From Actinomycetota bacterium (GTDB lineage Bacteria > Actinomycetota > Acidimicrobiia > Acidimicrobiales > VFJN01): a stretch of 64,000 nt of DNA. The notes beneath the pieces are model-generated. The model was not told the DNA's origin, ran no database searches, and worked only from the letters and a program-made list of their open reading frames with translations. Every line of letters starts with the position of its first letter. Positions within the stretch are counted from its first letter, which is position 1. The stretch lies in assembly GCA_046723645.1 (NCBI GenBank), contig JBKOUY010000008.1, positions 13,264-77,263 of the forward strand, read 5' to 3'. Positions 37,137-45,014 of this stretch are shown one piece after another. Made by a program: the position numbers and the translations under genes.

Positions 37137-38606
37137 TCAGCAGCGCTCGGGCTCGCGGCGGCCCATGACCAGGCCGATGGCCAGCAGCGTCGCGCCGAGC
37201 CCGGCCGAACGAACCAGGCCTCCGTCCCCCCGCTCGATCTGAGCCCCGATCCCGACGCCGGCGATGTCGGCGAGCGAGGCGGCGGTGAGTGCGGCGAAGG
37301 CGGCGGCGAGTAGCCATCCGGCGCCCGCCTCGGCGCGGCCGCGGGCCGACAGCGCGAGCCAGACCGCCAACAGCGCGGGGCCGAACAAGGTGACCGACGG
37401 CGCCAGGGCCGCGTCCACGATGCAGCCGACCAGGAAGGCCCCCACCGCCACCGCCCACGAGCTGCGTCGGCGGCCCGGCCAGGGCCTGCGAGCCACCACC
37501 ATCACCAGGCCGAACCACGCGGCGGCCACGACCACCGACCCCGCGAGGAGGTCGTCGACCCGGCCGGAGACCCCGTGCAGATCGCCGCCGGCATCCAGGA
37601 AGAACGCGTCCTGCTCCCGATGGAGGACCGTCCGCCAGCCGCTCTGGGAGGTCGTGGGCCGAATCCAGGCCGACAACGTGAGCGCGGGACCGATGTCCAG
37701 CGACGTGGACGGAGGGACTCGCACGACGTCGTCGCCGCCGTCGAAGCTCAGGGCGAATCCGAATCGCCCCTGTGCCCATGTGGCTCCGGCGACCGTGCCG
37801 GCGTTGCCATTGCCCGATCGGTCGTCAACCGTGCTTCCGGTCCCCTCGTCGAACGAGTACGCCGCCACCGGGCGGGCGGCCGCCGACCGCACCGCGCCCG
37901 ACCCGGCGACGGGGCTCGCCCGTCCCCCGACTGCGCCGCCCGCAGTCACGGGGGTCCCCATGTCGGCCCTGATCTCGGCCTCGGTCAGGGCGCGGTCGTA
38001 GACGCGCGCCTCGTCGATCAGCCCGTCGAAGTACTCCCCGTACGGGTGGTTGCCCCCGAGCCACAAAGGGTTCCCGCTGCGCTTGACCGCCCCCGTCGTG
38101 TGCTGGCTGGCCACCTGGTCCCCATTCACGAACAGGCGCAGCATCGAGCCGTCGTAGGTCACGGCGACGTACGACCAGACGCCGACCGGATCGTCCGACC
38201 GAGCGGCGAGGAACTGCACCCGGCCGTCGAACGTCCCGCCACCCGTGGGGACCAGCGGACCACGATCCGAGAGATCGATGGCGGCGGCGGCGAGGAGCAG
38301 CAGGCCGAGGACGGTGGCCGAGGTCGGGGCGACCCACCGCCCGGACAAGGCCCGACGGAGCGGATGTCCGTCCGAACCCGGGAGCCGTGCCAGGCGGCCA
38401 CCCAGCACGACTGCCAGCGCGACCAGCGGGACGACGGCGAGGTTCCCGGCATGGATGCCATGGCCCGTCGACAAGGACAGGATGACGGGGCCATGCCAGG
38501 GCTCCCTGAGGACCATGCCGGCCGCGGCGCCGAGCGCGACCGCGACACCGGCCGCGGCGAGGAACCGTGCCGTCCGGGACGACGATGATCGGGTGCGGGA
38601 CAACAT
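37137..38606 (-). CDS. Polytopic membrane protein with a permuted LamG/concanavalin-like domain
   Basis: Start placed at ATG 38606. Three TM segments are followed by the LamG C-half (WSYVAVTYDGSMLRLFVNGDQV…LWLGGN…YFDGLIDEARVYDRALTEAEI), a G/A linker, the LamG N-half (AAYSFDEGTGSTVDDRSGNGNAGTV…GRFGFALSFDGGDDVVRVP…LTLSAWIRP), and then about 5 TM segments. Confidence 0.7.
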   Translation of the reverse strand: MLSRTRSSSSRTARFLAAAGVAVALGAAAGMVLREPWHGPVILSLSTGHGIHAGNLAVVPLVALAVVLGGRLARLPGSDGHPLRRALSGRWVAPTSATVLGLLLLAAAAIDLSDRGPLVPTGGGTFDGRVQFLAARSDDPVGVWSYVAVTYDGSMLRLFVNGDQVASQHTTGAVKRSGNPLWLGGNHPYGEYFDGLIDEARVYDRALTEAEIRADMGTPVTAGGAVGGRASPVAGSGAVRSAAARPVAAYSFDEGTGSTVDDRSGNGNAGTVAGATWAQGRFGFALSFDGGDDVVRVPPSTSLDIGPALTLSAWIRPTTSQSGWRTVLHREQDAFFLDAGGDLHGVSGRVDDLLAGSVVVAAAWFGLVMVVARRPWPGRRRSSWAVAVGAFLVGCIVDAALAPSVTLFGPALLAVWLALSARGRAEAGAGWLLAAAFAALTAASLADIAGVGIGAQIERGDGGLVRSAGLGATLLAIGLVMGRREPERC

Positions 38607-38665
38607 CTCGCCTGCGATGGAGTCGGGATTCGTCGACGTTGGGAGCCGTCGGTCAAGCCTCGGTG

Positions 38666-38695
38666 GTCGCCGGCGAGCGTTCGCTCGCCGGCGAC
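38666..38695. other. Perfect 30-nt palindrome (14-bp arms) 60 nt upstream of the LamG-membrane gene
   Basis: gtcgccggcgagcg-tt-cgctcgccggcgac, read directly. It could be a terminator for the upstream tfoX-like operon or a protein-binding dyad. Confidence 0.5.
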
Positions 38696-38765
38696 ACGCC
38701 GTGACCGAACGTCCGGGAAGCACCGGTGAAGCTCCCACGCTCGCCCAGTCGGGACCATCCTCCCC

Positions 38766-38786
38766 CAGCGGGTTGAAGTCCCGCTG
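38766..38786 (-). terminator. Small hairpin downstream of the TfoX-like gene
   Basis: cagcggg-ttgaagt-cccgctg (7-bp stem). It ends 53 nt downstream of the stop at 38839. There is no U-tract. Confidence 0.3.
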
Positions 38787-38838
38787 AAGGCGGCCTGGCG
38801 CCTCCCTGAACCAGGTCCTGAGCGTGGACGACCAGGCT

Positions 38839-39174
38839 CTACCGCTTCGGGGGGAGCGATCGCGCGTAGGTCGTGCCCATCGCGACCCACTTCGCGAGCT
38901 CGCGTTTGGTGCGAACGTGCTCGGTGCCGACCCGCAGCCATCCCGCCATCGGCCGTCCCCGCATCTCGAGCGGGTGGGCGGGCGTGGTGGCCACGAGGTC
39001 GTCGGACGTCGCCGGATCGACGCGAACCATCAGTCCGCCCTGGCCGCTCGCCGAGACGGCCATGTTGCCCCCGATGAGGAACGCGAGGCCGCCGAACATC
39101 TTCTGTTCGGTAAGGCCCGCCTCGCCGCTCACGAGCTCACGGATTCGACCGGCGAGCTCCTCGTCGTAGCTCAC
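38839..39174 (-). CDS. TfoX/Sxy N-terminal domain protein
   Basis: …EELAGRIRELVSGEAGLTEQKMFGGLAFLIGGNMAVSASGQGGLMVRVDP… GTG 39174 overlaps the upstream stop (GTGA). Confidence 0.8.
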   Translation of the reverse strand: MSYDEELAGRIRELVSGEAGLTEQKMFGGLAFLIGGNMAVSASGQGGLMVRVDPATSDDLVATTPAHPLEMRGRPMAGWLRVGTEHVRTKRELAKWVAMGTTYARSLPPKR

Positions 39175-39716
39175 GGTTGCGATCGTACGGCTCGAGGGGG
39201 TGCGTGGTGGGGCTGCGTCCGCCGCACGTCCGCCGGGACCGCACCCGGCGTGGCGCCCCGGGAGAGCCACAACGCGATCGCGAGGGCCGTGAGGCCGTGC
39301 CACGCCGCGTGCCCCTGGAGGAGGCTGTCCGGCCGGCACAGGGGTGCCCCGGTTCGCGTGAGCAGGTTCACCGCGATCGCCGCTCCGCCCGCGACGACGG
39401 CGGCGGCTGACGGCCAGCGAAGCGAACGCCGCTGCCAGGCGAGCGGGAACGTGGCCGCCAACGCCACGATCGTCCCGTCATGTGCGAGGCTGGCTCCCGG
39501 CGTCATGGGGCCGTGGTAGAGCACGCTGCCGACACCGACGGCGGCGAGCGCCACGGCGGGCAACCGTGGACCGCCCCGTCGCAGCACGTACGCGCCGGCC
39601 ACGACGTAGGCGACGCTCGACAGGGTGTTGACCGGCTGCGCCAACCAGCCGTCGCGCAAGGCCTCGCAGTCGGATGCCCCGAGGGCGAGCAGGTGCACGG
39701 TTCCAGCTTGCGGCAT
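39171..39716 (-). CDS. Small integral membrane protein with ceramidase/PAQR-like His/Asp motifs
   Basis: ATG 39716. CEALRDGWLAQPVNTLSSVAYVVAG…LYHG…HDGTIV…QGHAAWHGL across about 5 TM segments. The family assignment is tentative. Confidence 0.5.
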   Translation of the reverse strand: MPQAGTVHLLALGASDCEALRDGWLAQPVNTLSSVAYVVAGAYVLRRGGPRLPAVALAAVGVGSVLYHGPMTPGASLAHDGTIVALAATFPLAWQRRSLRWPSAAAVVAGGAAIAVNLLTRTGAPLCRPDSLLQGHAAWHGLTALAIALWLSRGATPGAVPADVRRTQPHHAPPRAVRSQP

Positions 39717-39816
39717 GGCATGGGGCTCGGCAACGACCTCGAGCACCTGGTCCGGGGGCTGAACCCGTCGGGCTGACGATCCCCGGTCACGCGCCCCGGC
39801 GGCGAGACTGGTCGAC

Positions 39817-40278
39817 GTGCAGCACGACGGCGAAGCACGCGAGCGGCCTGGTCCCCGCGGCTGGGCGGCGCGCGTCGACGCCGGCCCCGGTGGCCGCAAT
39901 CGTGCCGGGCGCCTGGCCGCATGCGTGGCGGCCGGGGCCGGCGTGGCCGCATATGCCTGGTGGGCCGTCGCGCTCGCTCCGTTCTCGTCGGGGGCCACGG
40001 CCGCCGTGGTCCTCGCCGGCGCCGCGGCCATGGCCAGCGGAGCGCGCGAACGGCGGCCCCGCCGGTCGGCGGTCAGAGGCTCCCCGGCGGGCATCGCCAC
40101 GTGGGCGGTGCTCGCTGCGGCGGCGGCGGCGTGGCAGTTGGCGGCCTACCTGCAGCATCCCCGGGCCGACCATCCGACGATCAGCTCGCTCACCAACGAG
40201 GTGCTCGACTCCCATCTGGCGCGAGCCGTGGCGTTCATCGTGTGGATCGCTGCGGCCAGGGCGCTCGCCCGGCGATGA
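39817..40278 (+). CDS. Hypothetical membrane protein
   Basis: 3-4 hydrophobic segments (…VAAYAWWAVALAPF…, …IATWAVLAAAAAAWQLAAYL…, …AVAFIVWIAAARAL). The start is uncertain. The stop overlaps the next ATG (ATGA). Confidence 0.45.
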   Translation: MQHDGEARERPGPRGWAARVDAGPGGRNRAGRLAACVAAGAGVAAYAWWAVALAPFSSGATAAVVLAGAAAMASGARERRPRRSAVRGSPAGIATWAVLAAAAAAWQLAAYLQHPRADHPTISSLTNEVLDSHLARAVAFIVWIAAARALARR

Positions 40279-40478
40279 GCCGCGACGTGACCCTGGTCGG
40301 CTACGCACTGCTGGCCGTCGCCGCCGCCGGCCTGGCGGCCGCCGCTCGCCGACGGGCATCCGGGACGTTCGCTGACGCGCTGACGTTCGTGATGCGGCAT
40401 CGCCCGGCACGGTTCGCGGCGCTGGCCGGGTGGCTCTGGCTCGGTTGGCACCTGTTCGTGCGCGTCCACTGGCGCTGA
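40275..40478 (+). CDS. Hypothetical small membrane protein (67 aa)
   Basis: ATG 40275 in an ATGA overlap. MSRDVTLVGYALLAVAAAGLAAAA…ARFAALAGWLWLGWHLFVRVHW gives two TM segments. Confidence 0.5.
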   Translation: MSRDVTLVGYALLAVAAAGLAAAARRRASGTFADALTFVMRHRPARFAALAGWLWLGWHLFVRVHWR

Positions 40479-40504
40479 CTCGCGGGCGCCCGCGTGGCCG
40501 TCGG

Positions 40505-41542
40505 TCAACCGTGCGCCACCTCCTCTCGGAGGATCCGGGCGCCGTCTGCCATGGCGCGCATCTTGCCGAACGCGGAGTCGCGCGGGAGGTACTTCATGCC
40601 GCAGTCGGGCGCCACGATGATGTCCTCGGCCGGCACGTAGGCCAGCGCCCGGCGGATCCGATCCGCGACGACCTCGGCGTCCTCGACCGTGTGGTCACCG
40701 AGGTCGATCACGCCGAGGATGATCTTCTTGCCCGGTAGCTCGGCGAGGACGGAGCAGTCGAGCTTCGACTGGGCCGTCTCGATCGAGACGGCGTCGCACG
40801 AGCATCCCGCCAGCTCCGGCAGGAACGAGTAGCCCGACGGGCGGTCGTGGATGATCGCGGCATAGCCGAAGCAGATGTGCACCGCGGTCGTGCCGCTGAC
40901 GCCGTCGAGCGCTCGCTCGAGCGCCGCCACCCCGTAGTCTCTCGCCTTCTCGGGACGCGCCTGCAGGTACGGCTCGTCGATCTGCACCATGTCGGCGCCG
41001 GCGTCGAACAGGTCCCGGATCTCCTCGTTCACTGCCTCCGCATATGCCAGCGCCGCGCTCGCCTCGTCGGGATAATGGTCGTTCTGCGCCTGCTGCGTCA
41101 TCGTGAAGGGTCCGGGAACGGTCATCTTGATCGGGCGATCGGTATGGCCGCGCAGGAAGCGCACGTCCTCGACCTCGACGGGCCGTTGCCTGCGAATCGG
41201 CCCCACGATGCGCGGAACCGGGTTGGGATGGCCACTGCGGTCGAGGGCCGTCCCCGGGTTGTCGATGTCGACACCGTCGAGCGCGGTCGCGAACCGATTC
41301 GAATAGCTCTCCCGTCGCATCTCGCCGTCGGTGATGACGTCGAGGCCGGCCTCCTCCTGCGCCCTGATCGCCAGCACGGTCGCGTCGTCCTGCGCCTCCG
41401 TCAGGTACGGCTGCTCGACGCGCCACAGCTCGCGTGCCCGCACCCGGGGCGGGAACCGTCCGGCGAGCTTCGCTCGATCGATGAGCCACTCCGGTTGGGC
41501 GTAGCTGCCGACCAGCATCGTCGGGAAGAGCGGTAACTCCAT
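40505..41542 (-). CDS. Cobalamin-independent methionine synthase (MetE C-terminal domain)-like methyltransferase
   Basis: MELPLFPTMLVGSYAQPEWL…VITDGEMRRESY…VQIDEPYL…VHICFGY…IIVAPDCGMKYL has the UROD/MetE-like Zn site pattern (H…C…C). Start placed at ATG 41542. Confidence 0.85.
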   Translation of the reverse strand: MELPLFPTMLVGSYAQPEWLIDRAKLAGRFPPRVRARELWRVEQPYLTEAQDDATVLAIRAQEEAGLDVITDGEMRRESYSNRFATALDGVDIDNPGTALDRSGHPNPVPRIVGPIRRQRPVEVEDVRFLRGHTDRPIKMTVPGPFTMTQQAQNDHYPDEASAALAYAEAVNEEIRDLFDAGADMVQIDEPYLQARPEKARDYGVAALERALDGVSGTTAVHICFGYAAIIHDRPSGYSFLPELAGCSCDAVSIETAQSKLDCSVLAELPGKKIILGVIDLGDHTVEDAEVVADRIRRALAYVPAEDIIVAPDCGMKYLPRDSAFGKMRAMADGARILREEVAHG

Positions 41543-41669
41543 GCGGCCTCCTGCGCCGATGTCCCATCGGCAACCGTTCGTCGGAGCGGTGCGGACGGAG
41601 TGTGGCACGAAATCGCGCCCGCCCGTGAGGAACCCTCGGCTGCCCGGCGGGCCGCGGCCGGGGGATCCC

Positions 41670-43157
41670 TCAGACGTGGTGGAGGTGGTGCTCGGGGCGG
41701 GGCGCGGGTGCGGGCACCTGGCCAACGGACCGGCGGCGGATCAGCTCGGCGACCGCGATCCCGAGGCCGATCAGCATCAACCCGGCGGCGCACAGCAGCG
41801 AGTCGGACACCGCCGCGGGGTAGTCCCCTCCGCTGTCGGTGAGCACAACGGTGAACACGCCCACGAGGATCGTCGTCCCGATGGCGCCGCCGACCCGCTG
41901 GCCGGTCTGCAGTGCGCCACCCGCCACGCCGGCCATCCGTACCGGCACCGACTCCAGCGCCAGCGTGATGTTGGGCGACGTGACCATGCCGCCGCCTATC
42001 CCACCGAACAGCAAGGGACCCGCCACCGCCCAGGCGGCGGCATCGCCCTCGACGTACCGGAGCGCGAGGGCCGCCATGCCCAGGCCGACCACGACCGCCG
42101 TCAGGCCCGCCACGGTCAGCCAGCGGCCGACGCGGGCCACGAGCCGCCCGGCGACGATCGCGGAGGCGGCCACGCCCAGGGCGAAGGGGGTGACCGCCAA
42201 CCCGGAGCGCAACGGCGAGTAGCCCAGGCCGGTCTGGAAGAACCTGGCCAACACCAGCCAGATGCCGGTGAATCCGAGGAAGTAGATGAGGCCGATGCTC
42301 AGTCCGGCGGCGTACCCCGGTATGTGTCCCAGGCGGGGGTCCAGCAGCGGCTGGCGGCCGCGGCGCACGGTGCCAGCCTCCCACCGGGCGAATCCGCCGA
42401 GCAGCAACGCGGCGACCACCAGGAGCAACCAGAGGCTGGTGGAGCCACCGGCATCGGCCTGTACCAGCGGCAGCATGAGGCTCAGGACGCCGCCCCCGAG
42501 CAGCACCGTGCCCACGAGGTCCAGGTCGGCGGGACGCGTGCGCACGCGCGTCGGCCTGGGCAACAGCCGGGCCGCGAGCACGAGCGCGAAGACCCCGATC
42601 GGAACGTTGACGTAGAACACCCAGCGCCAGCCATTCGGCTCCCCGAAGGCGGCCAGGATCAGGCCGCCGACCACCGGTCCGACTGCGGTCGACAGGCCGA
42701 TGGTGGCCCCGAGGACGCCGAACGCCCGGCCCCGCTCGGCGCCGCGGAACAGGTCCTGGATGAGGCCGGAGATCTGGGGGGTCAGTGTCCCGCCGGCGAT
42801 GCCCTGCAGGGCCCGGGCGACGATGAGCAGCCCGATGGTCGGAGCGGCCCCGCTCAGCGCACTGGCCGTCACGAATCCTGCCAGGGCGATCATGAACATG
42901 GGCCGGCGGCCGAACGTGTCCCCGAGGCGGCCGGCCGGGACCAGCGCCAGGCCGAGGGTCAGGGCATAGCCCGACACGACCCACTGGGCCATCGCCGGTG
43001 TCGTGTCGAGGCCGCGCTGGATGGATGGCAGCGCGACATTGACGATGCTGACGTCGAGCAGGCTCATGAACCCGGCGACCTGCGTGACGGCCAGGATCCT
43101 CCACCGTCGGGGATCGGCTCCCTCGGGTGGCGTCGATCCCGTGTGGTGGTCAGTCAT
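41670..43157 (-). CDS. MFS transporter, DHA2 family
   Basis: …LDVSIVNVALPSIQRGL…WVVSGYALTLGLALVPAGRLGDTFGRRPMF… with about 14 TM segments. Confidence 0.9.
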   Translation of the reverse strand: MTDHHTGSTPPEGADPRRWRILAVTQVAGFMSLLDVSIVNVALPSIQRGLDTTPAMAQWVVSGYALTLGLALVPAGRLGDTFGRRPMFMIALAGFVTASALSGAAPTIGLLIVARALQGIAGGTLTPQISGLIQDLFRGAERGRAFGVLGATIGLSTAVGPVVGGLILAAFGEPNGWRWVFYVNVPIGVFALVLAARLLPRPTRVRTRPADLDLVGTVLLGGGVLSLMLPLVQADAGGSTSLWLLLVVAALLLGGFARWEAGTVRRGRQPLLDPRLGHIPGYAAGLSIGLIYFLGFTGIWLVLARFFQTGLGYSPLRSGLAVTPFALGVAASAIVAGRLVARVGRWLTVAGLTAVVVGLGMAALALRYVEGDAAAWAVAGPLLFGGIGGGMVTSPNITLALESVPVRMAGVAGGALQTGQRVGGAIGTTILVGVFTVVLTDSGGDYPAAVSDSLLCAAGLMLIGLGIAVAELIRRRSVGQVPAPAPRPEHHLHHV

Positions 43158-43189
43158 GGTGGGCAGAATCGGCGGCGAGGAGGGTTCGG

Positions 43190-44161
43190 GTGACCGATCA
43201 GGTGGTCCACGGGGTGCACGAGTACGACGACGACCCGCGCAACGACGCTGTCCTCGTCTATGTGAACGGGGAGCTGAAGCCTAGGGCCGAGGCCGTGGTG
43301 TCCGTGTTCGACTCGGGATTCGTGCTGGGAGATGGCGTCTGGGAAGGCCTGCGCGTCCATGCCGGGCATCCGGTGTTCCTGGCCGAGCACCTCGACCGCC
43401 TCTACGAGGGCGCCAAGGCCATCGCACTCGACATCGGTCTGGACCGGAGCGACCTGCGCGCCGCCATCTACGGGGCGCTGCGCGCCAACGAGATGTCGGA
43501 GGGCGTGCACGTGCGCCTGATGGTGACGCGGGGCGTCAAGCGGACGCCGTACCAGGACCCTCGCATCACCGTGGGCCCGCCGACGATCGTGATCATCCCC
43601 GAGTACAAGCAGCCGAGGCGCGACGTCCTCGACGCCGGGATCCGCCTGTTCACCGTGCACGTCCGACGCCCCTACCCGGACGTGCTCGACCCCAAGCTGA
43701 ACGCGCACAGCAAGCTCAACGACATCACGGCGTGCATCCAGGCGTACACCGCCGGCGCCGACGAGGCGCTGATGCTGGATCCCCACGGCTTCGTGGCCAC
43801 CTGCAACTCCACCCACTTCTTCATCGTCCGCCGCGGCGAGCTGTGGACGTCGTCCGGCGCCTTCTGCCTCGGCGGCATCACGCGCGCCACGGTGCTGCGG
43901 CTGTCGCGGGACGCCGGCATCCCCACCCACGAGCGAGATTTCAGCCTCACCGACGTCTACGGCGCCGACGAGGCGTTCGTCACCGGCACGTTCGCCGGGA
44001 TCGTGCCGGTCCGTGAGGTGGACGGACGCGTGATCGGCGACGCCGCCGGCCGACCCGTCATGCTGCGCTTGCGGAGGCTCTATCAGGCCGCGATCGAGGA
44101 CGACGTCGCCGAGGCGGCTCGGCGCCGACGGCGGCGGCCGATGGGAACCGACGCCCCGTGA
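43190..44161 (+). CDS. Class IV (BCAT / D-amino-acid / ADC-lyase fold) aminotransferase
   Basis: GTG 43190 behind GAGGAGGG. …VSVFDSGFVLGDGVWEGLRV…FLAEHLDRLYEGAK…VRLMVTRG…KLNAHSKLNDI…EALMLD…GGITR…. Confidence 0.85.
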   Translation: MTDQVVHGVHEYDDDPRNDAVLVYVNGELKPRAEAVVSVFDSGFVLGDGVWEGLRVHAGHPVFLAEHLDRLYEGAKAIALDIGLDRSDLRAAIYGALRANEMSEGVHVRLMVTRGVKRTPYQDPRITVGPPTIVIIPEYKQPRRDVLDAGIRLFTVHVRRPYPDVLDPKLNAHSKLNDITACIQAYTAGADEALMLDPHGFVATCNSTHFFIVRRGELWTSSGAFCLGGITRATVLRLSRDAGIPTHERDFSLTDVYGADEAFVTGTFAGIVPVREVDGRVIGDAAGRPVMLRLRRLYQAAIEDDVAEAARRRRRRPMGTDAP

Positions 44162-44880
44162 TCCGGCTGGCCGTCTGGTCGGGTCCGCGCAACATCTCGA
44201 CCGCGCTGATGCGGTCGTGGGAGAACCGCGGCGACACGCTGGTAATCGACGAGCCGCTGTATCCCCACTACCTCGAGGTCACGGGCCTCGACCACCCCGG
44301 GCGCGACGAGGTCATCGCCACCGGGGAGACCGACTGGCGGAGCGTCGTGGCGACCCTTCTCGGCCCGGTTCCCGGCGGGGTCCGGGTCTTCTACCAGAAG
44401 CACATGGCCCATCACCTGCTTCCCGGCATCGAGCGAACCTGGGTCACCGCCCTCGCCAACGTCCTGCTCATCCGCGACCCGCGGCAGGTGGTGGCGTCCT
44501 ACGTACGCTCGCGGGCGGAGGTGAGCGCCGACGACCTCGGCCTCCGCCAGCAGGTTCGGCTGAGTGACGAGCTCACGGCTGCGGGGACGGTGCCGCCCGT
44601 GATAGATGCGCGCGACTTCCTGCTTCGACCCGAGGCCTACCTCCGCGCCCTGTGCCACCACGTCGGCGTCGACTTCACCGCCCGGATGCTGTCGTGGCCG
44701 CCGGGCCGTCGGGAGGCCGACGGTGTATGGGGGCGGTACTGGTACGACGCGGTGTGGCGATCGACCGGGTTCGTCGAGTACCGGCCCCGGGAACTGCGAC
44801 TGGACGGCCACGCGGCCGAAGTGGCGGAGGAATGCCGGCCCCTGTACGAACGCCTCTACGAGGCGCGTTGGGTGCTGTGA
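44158..44880 (+). CDS. Sulfotransferase-like / P-loop-fold protein of uncertain function
   Basis: GTGA overlap with the aminotransferase. N-terminus IRLAVWSGPRNISTALMRSWENR resembles a PAPS/phosphate-binding loop. The remainder contains …VFYQKHMAHHL…LLIRDPRQVVASY…. Confidence 0.5.
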   Translation: MIRLAVWSGPRNISTALMRSWENRGDTLVIDEPLYPHYLEVTGLDHPGRDEVIATGETDWRSVVATLLGPVPGGVRVFYQKHMAHHLLPGIERTWVTALANVLLIRDPRQVVASYVRSRAEVSADDLGLRQQVRLSDELTAAGTVPPVIDARDFLLRPEAYLRALCHHVGVDFTARMLSWPPGRREADGVWGRYWYDAVWRSTGFVEYRPRELRLDGHAAEVAEECRPLYERLYEARWVL

Positions 44881-44937
44881 GACGATCGCTGAGCGCGCCG
44901 GCTTGCCGCATCAGCTGCTGATAACGTACAACCATGT

Positions 44938-44955
44938 GGTTGTAACTGGGCTCCT
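44938..44955. promoter_or_regulatory. Palindrome TACAACC-ATGT-GGTTGTA upstream of the AHSA1-like gene (candidate ArsR-type operator)
   Basis: Perfect 8-bp arms with a 2-nt centre, in an AT-richer patch 60-77 nt upstream of ATG 45015. It has the same CAACC-N4-GGTTG core as 57973-57986. Confidence 0.5.
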
Positions 44956-45014
44956 CCTGCTCGCGTAGGCCCTGTCAAACCAATGGCAACCACCCGACCC
45001 CTGAGGATTGTCCG

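Noticed and set aside
40481-40494. 14-nt GC palindrome CGCGGGCGCCCGCG between two convergent genes, considered as a bidirectional terminator.
   Set aside because: It would form only a short (~5 bp) stem, and such GC palindromes are common at this base composition.
41543-41669. Possible SAM or cobalamin riboswitch in the 127-nt leader of the MetE-like gene. It includes a GCCGATG-tcc-CATCGGC hairpin (41555-41571) next to the RBS and a GCCACAC string reminiscent of the B12-box GCCACTG.
   Set aside because: The leader is too short for a cobalamin riboswitch, and I could not find the conserved cores of the SAM-I, SAM-II, SAM-IV or B12 classes by eye. A covariance-model scan (Rfam) would be needed to settle it.
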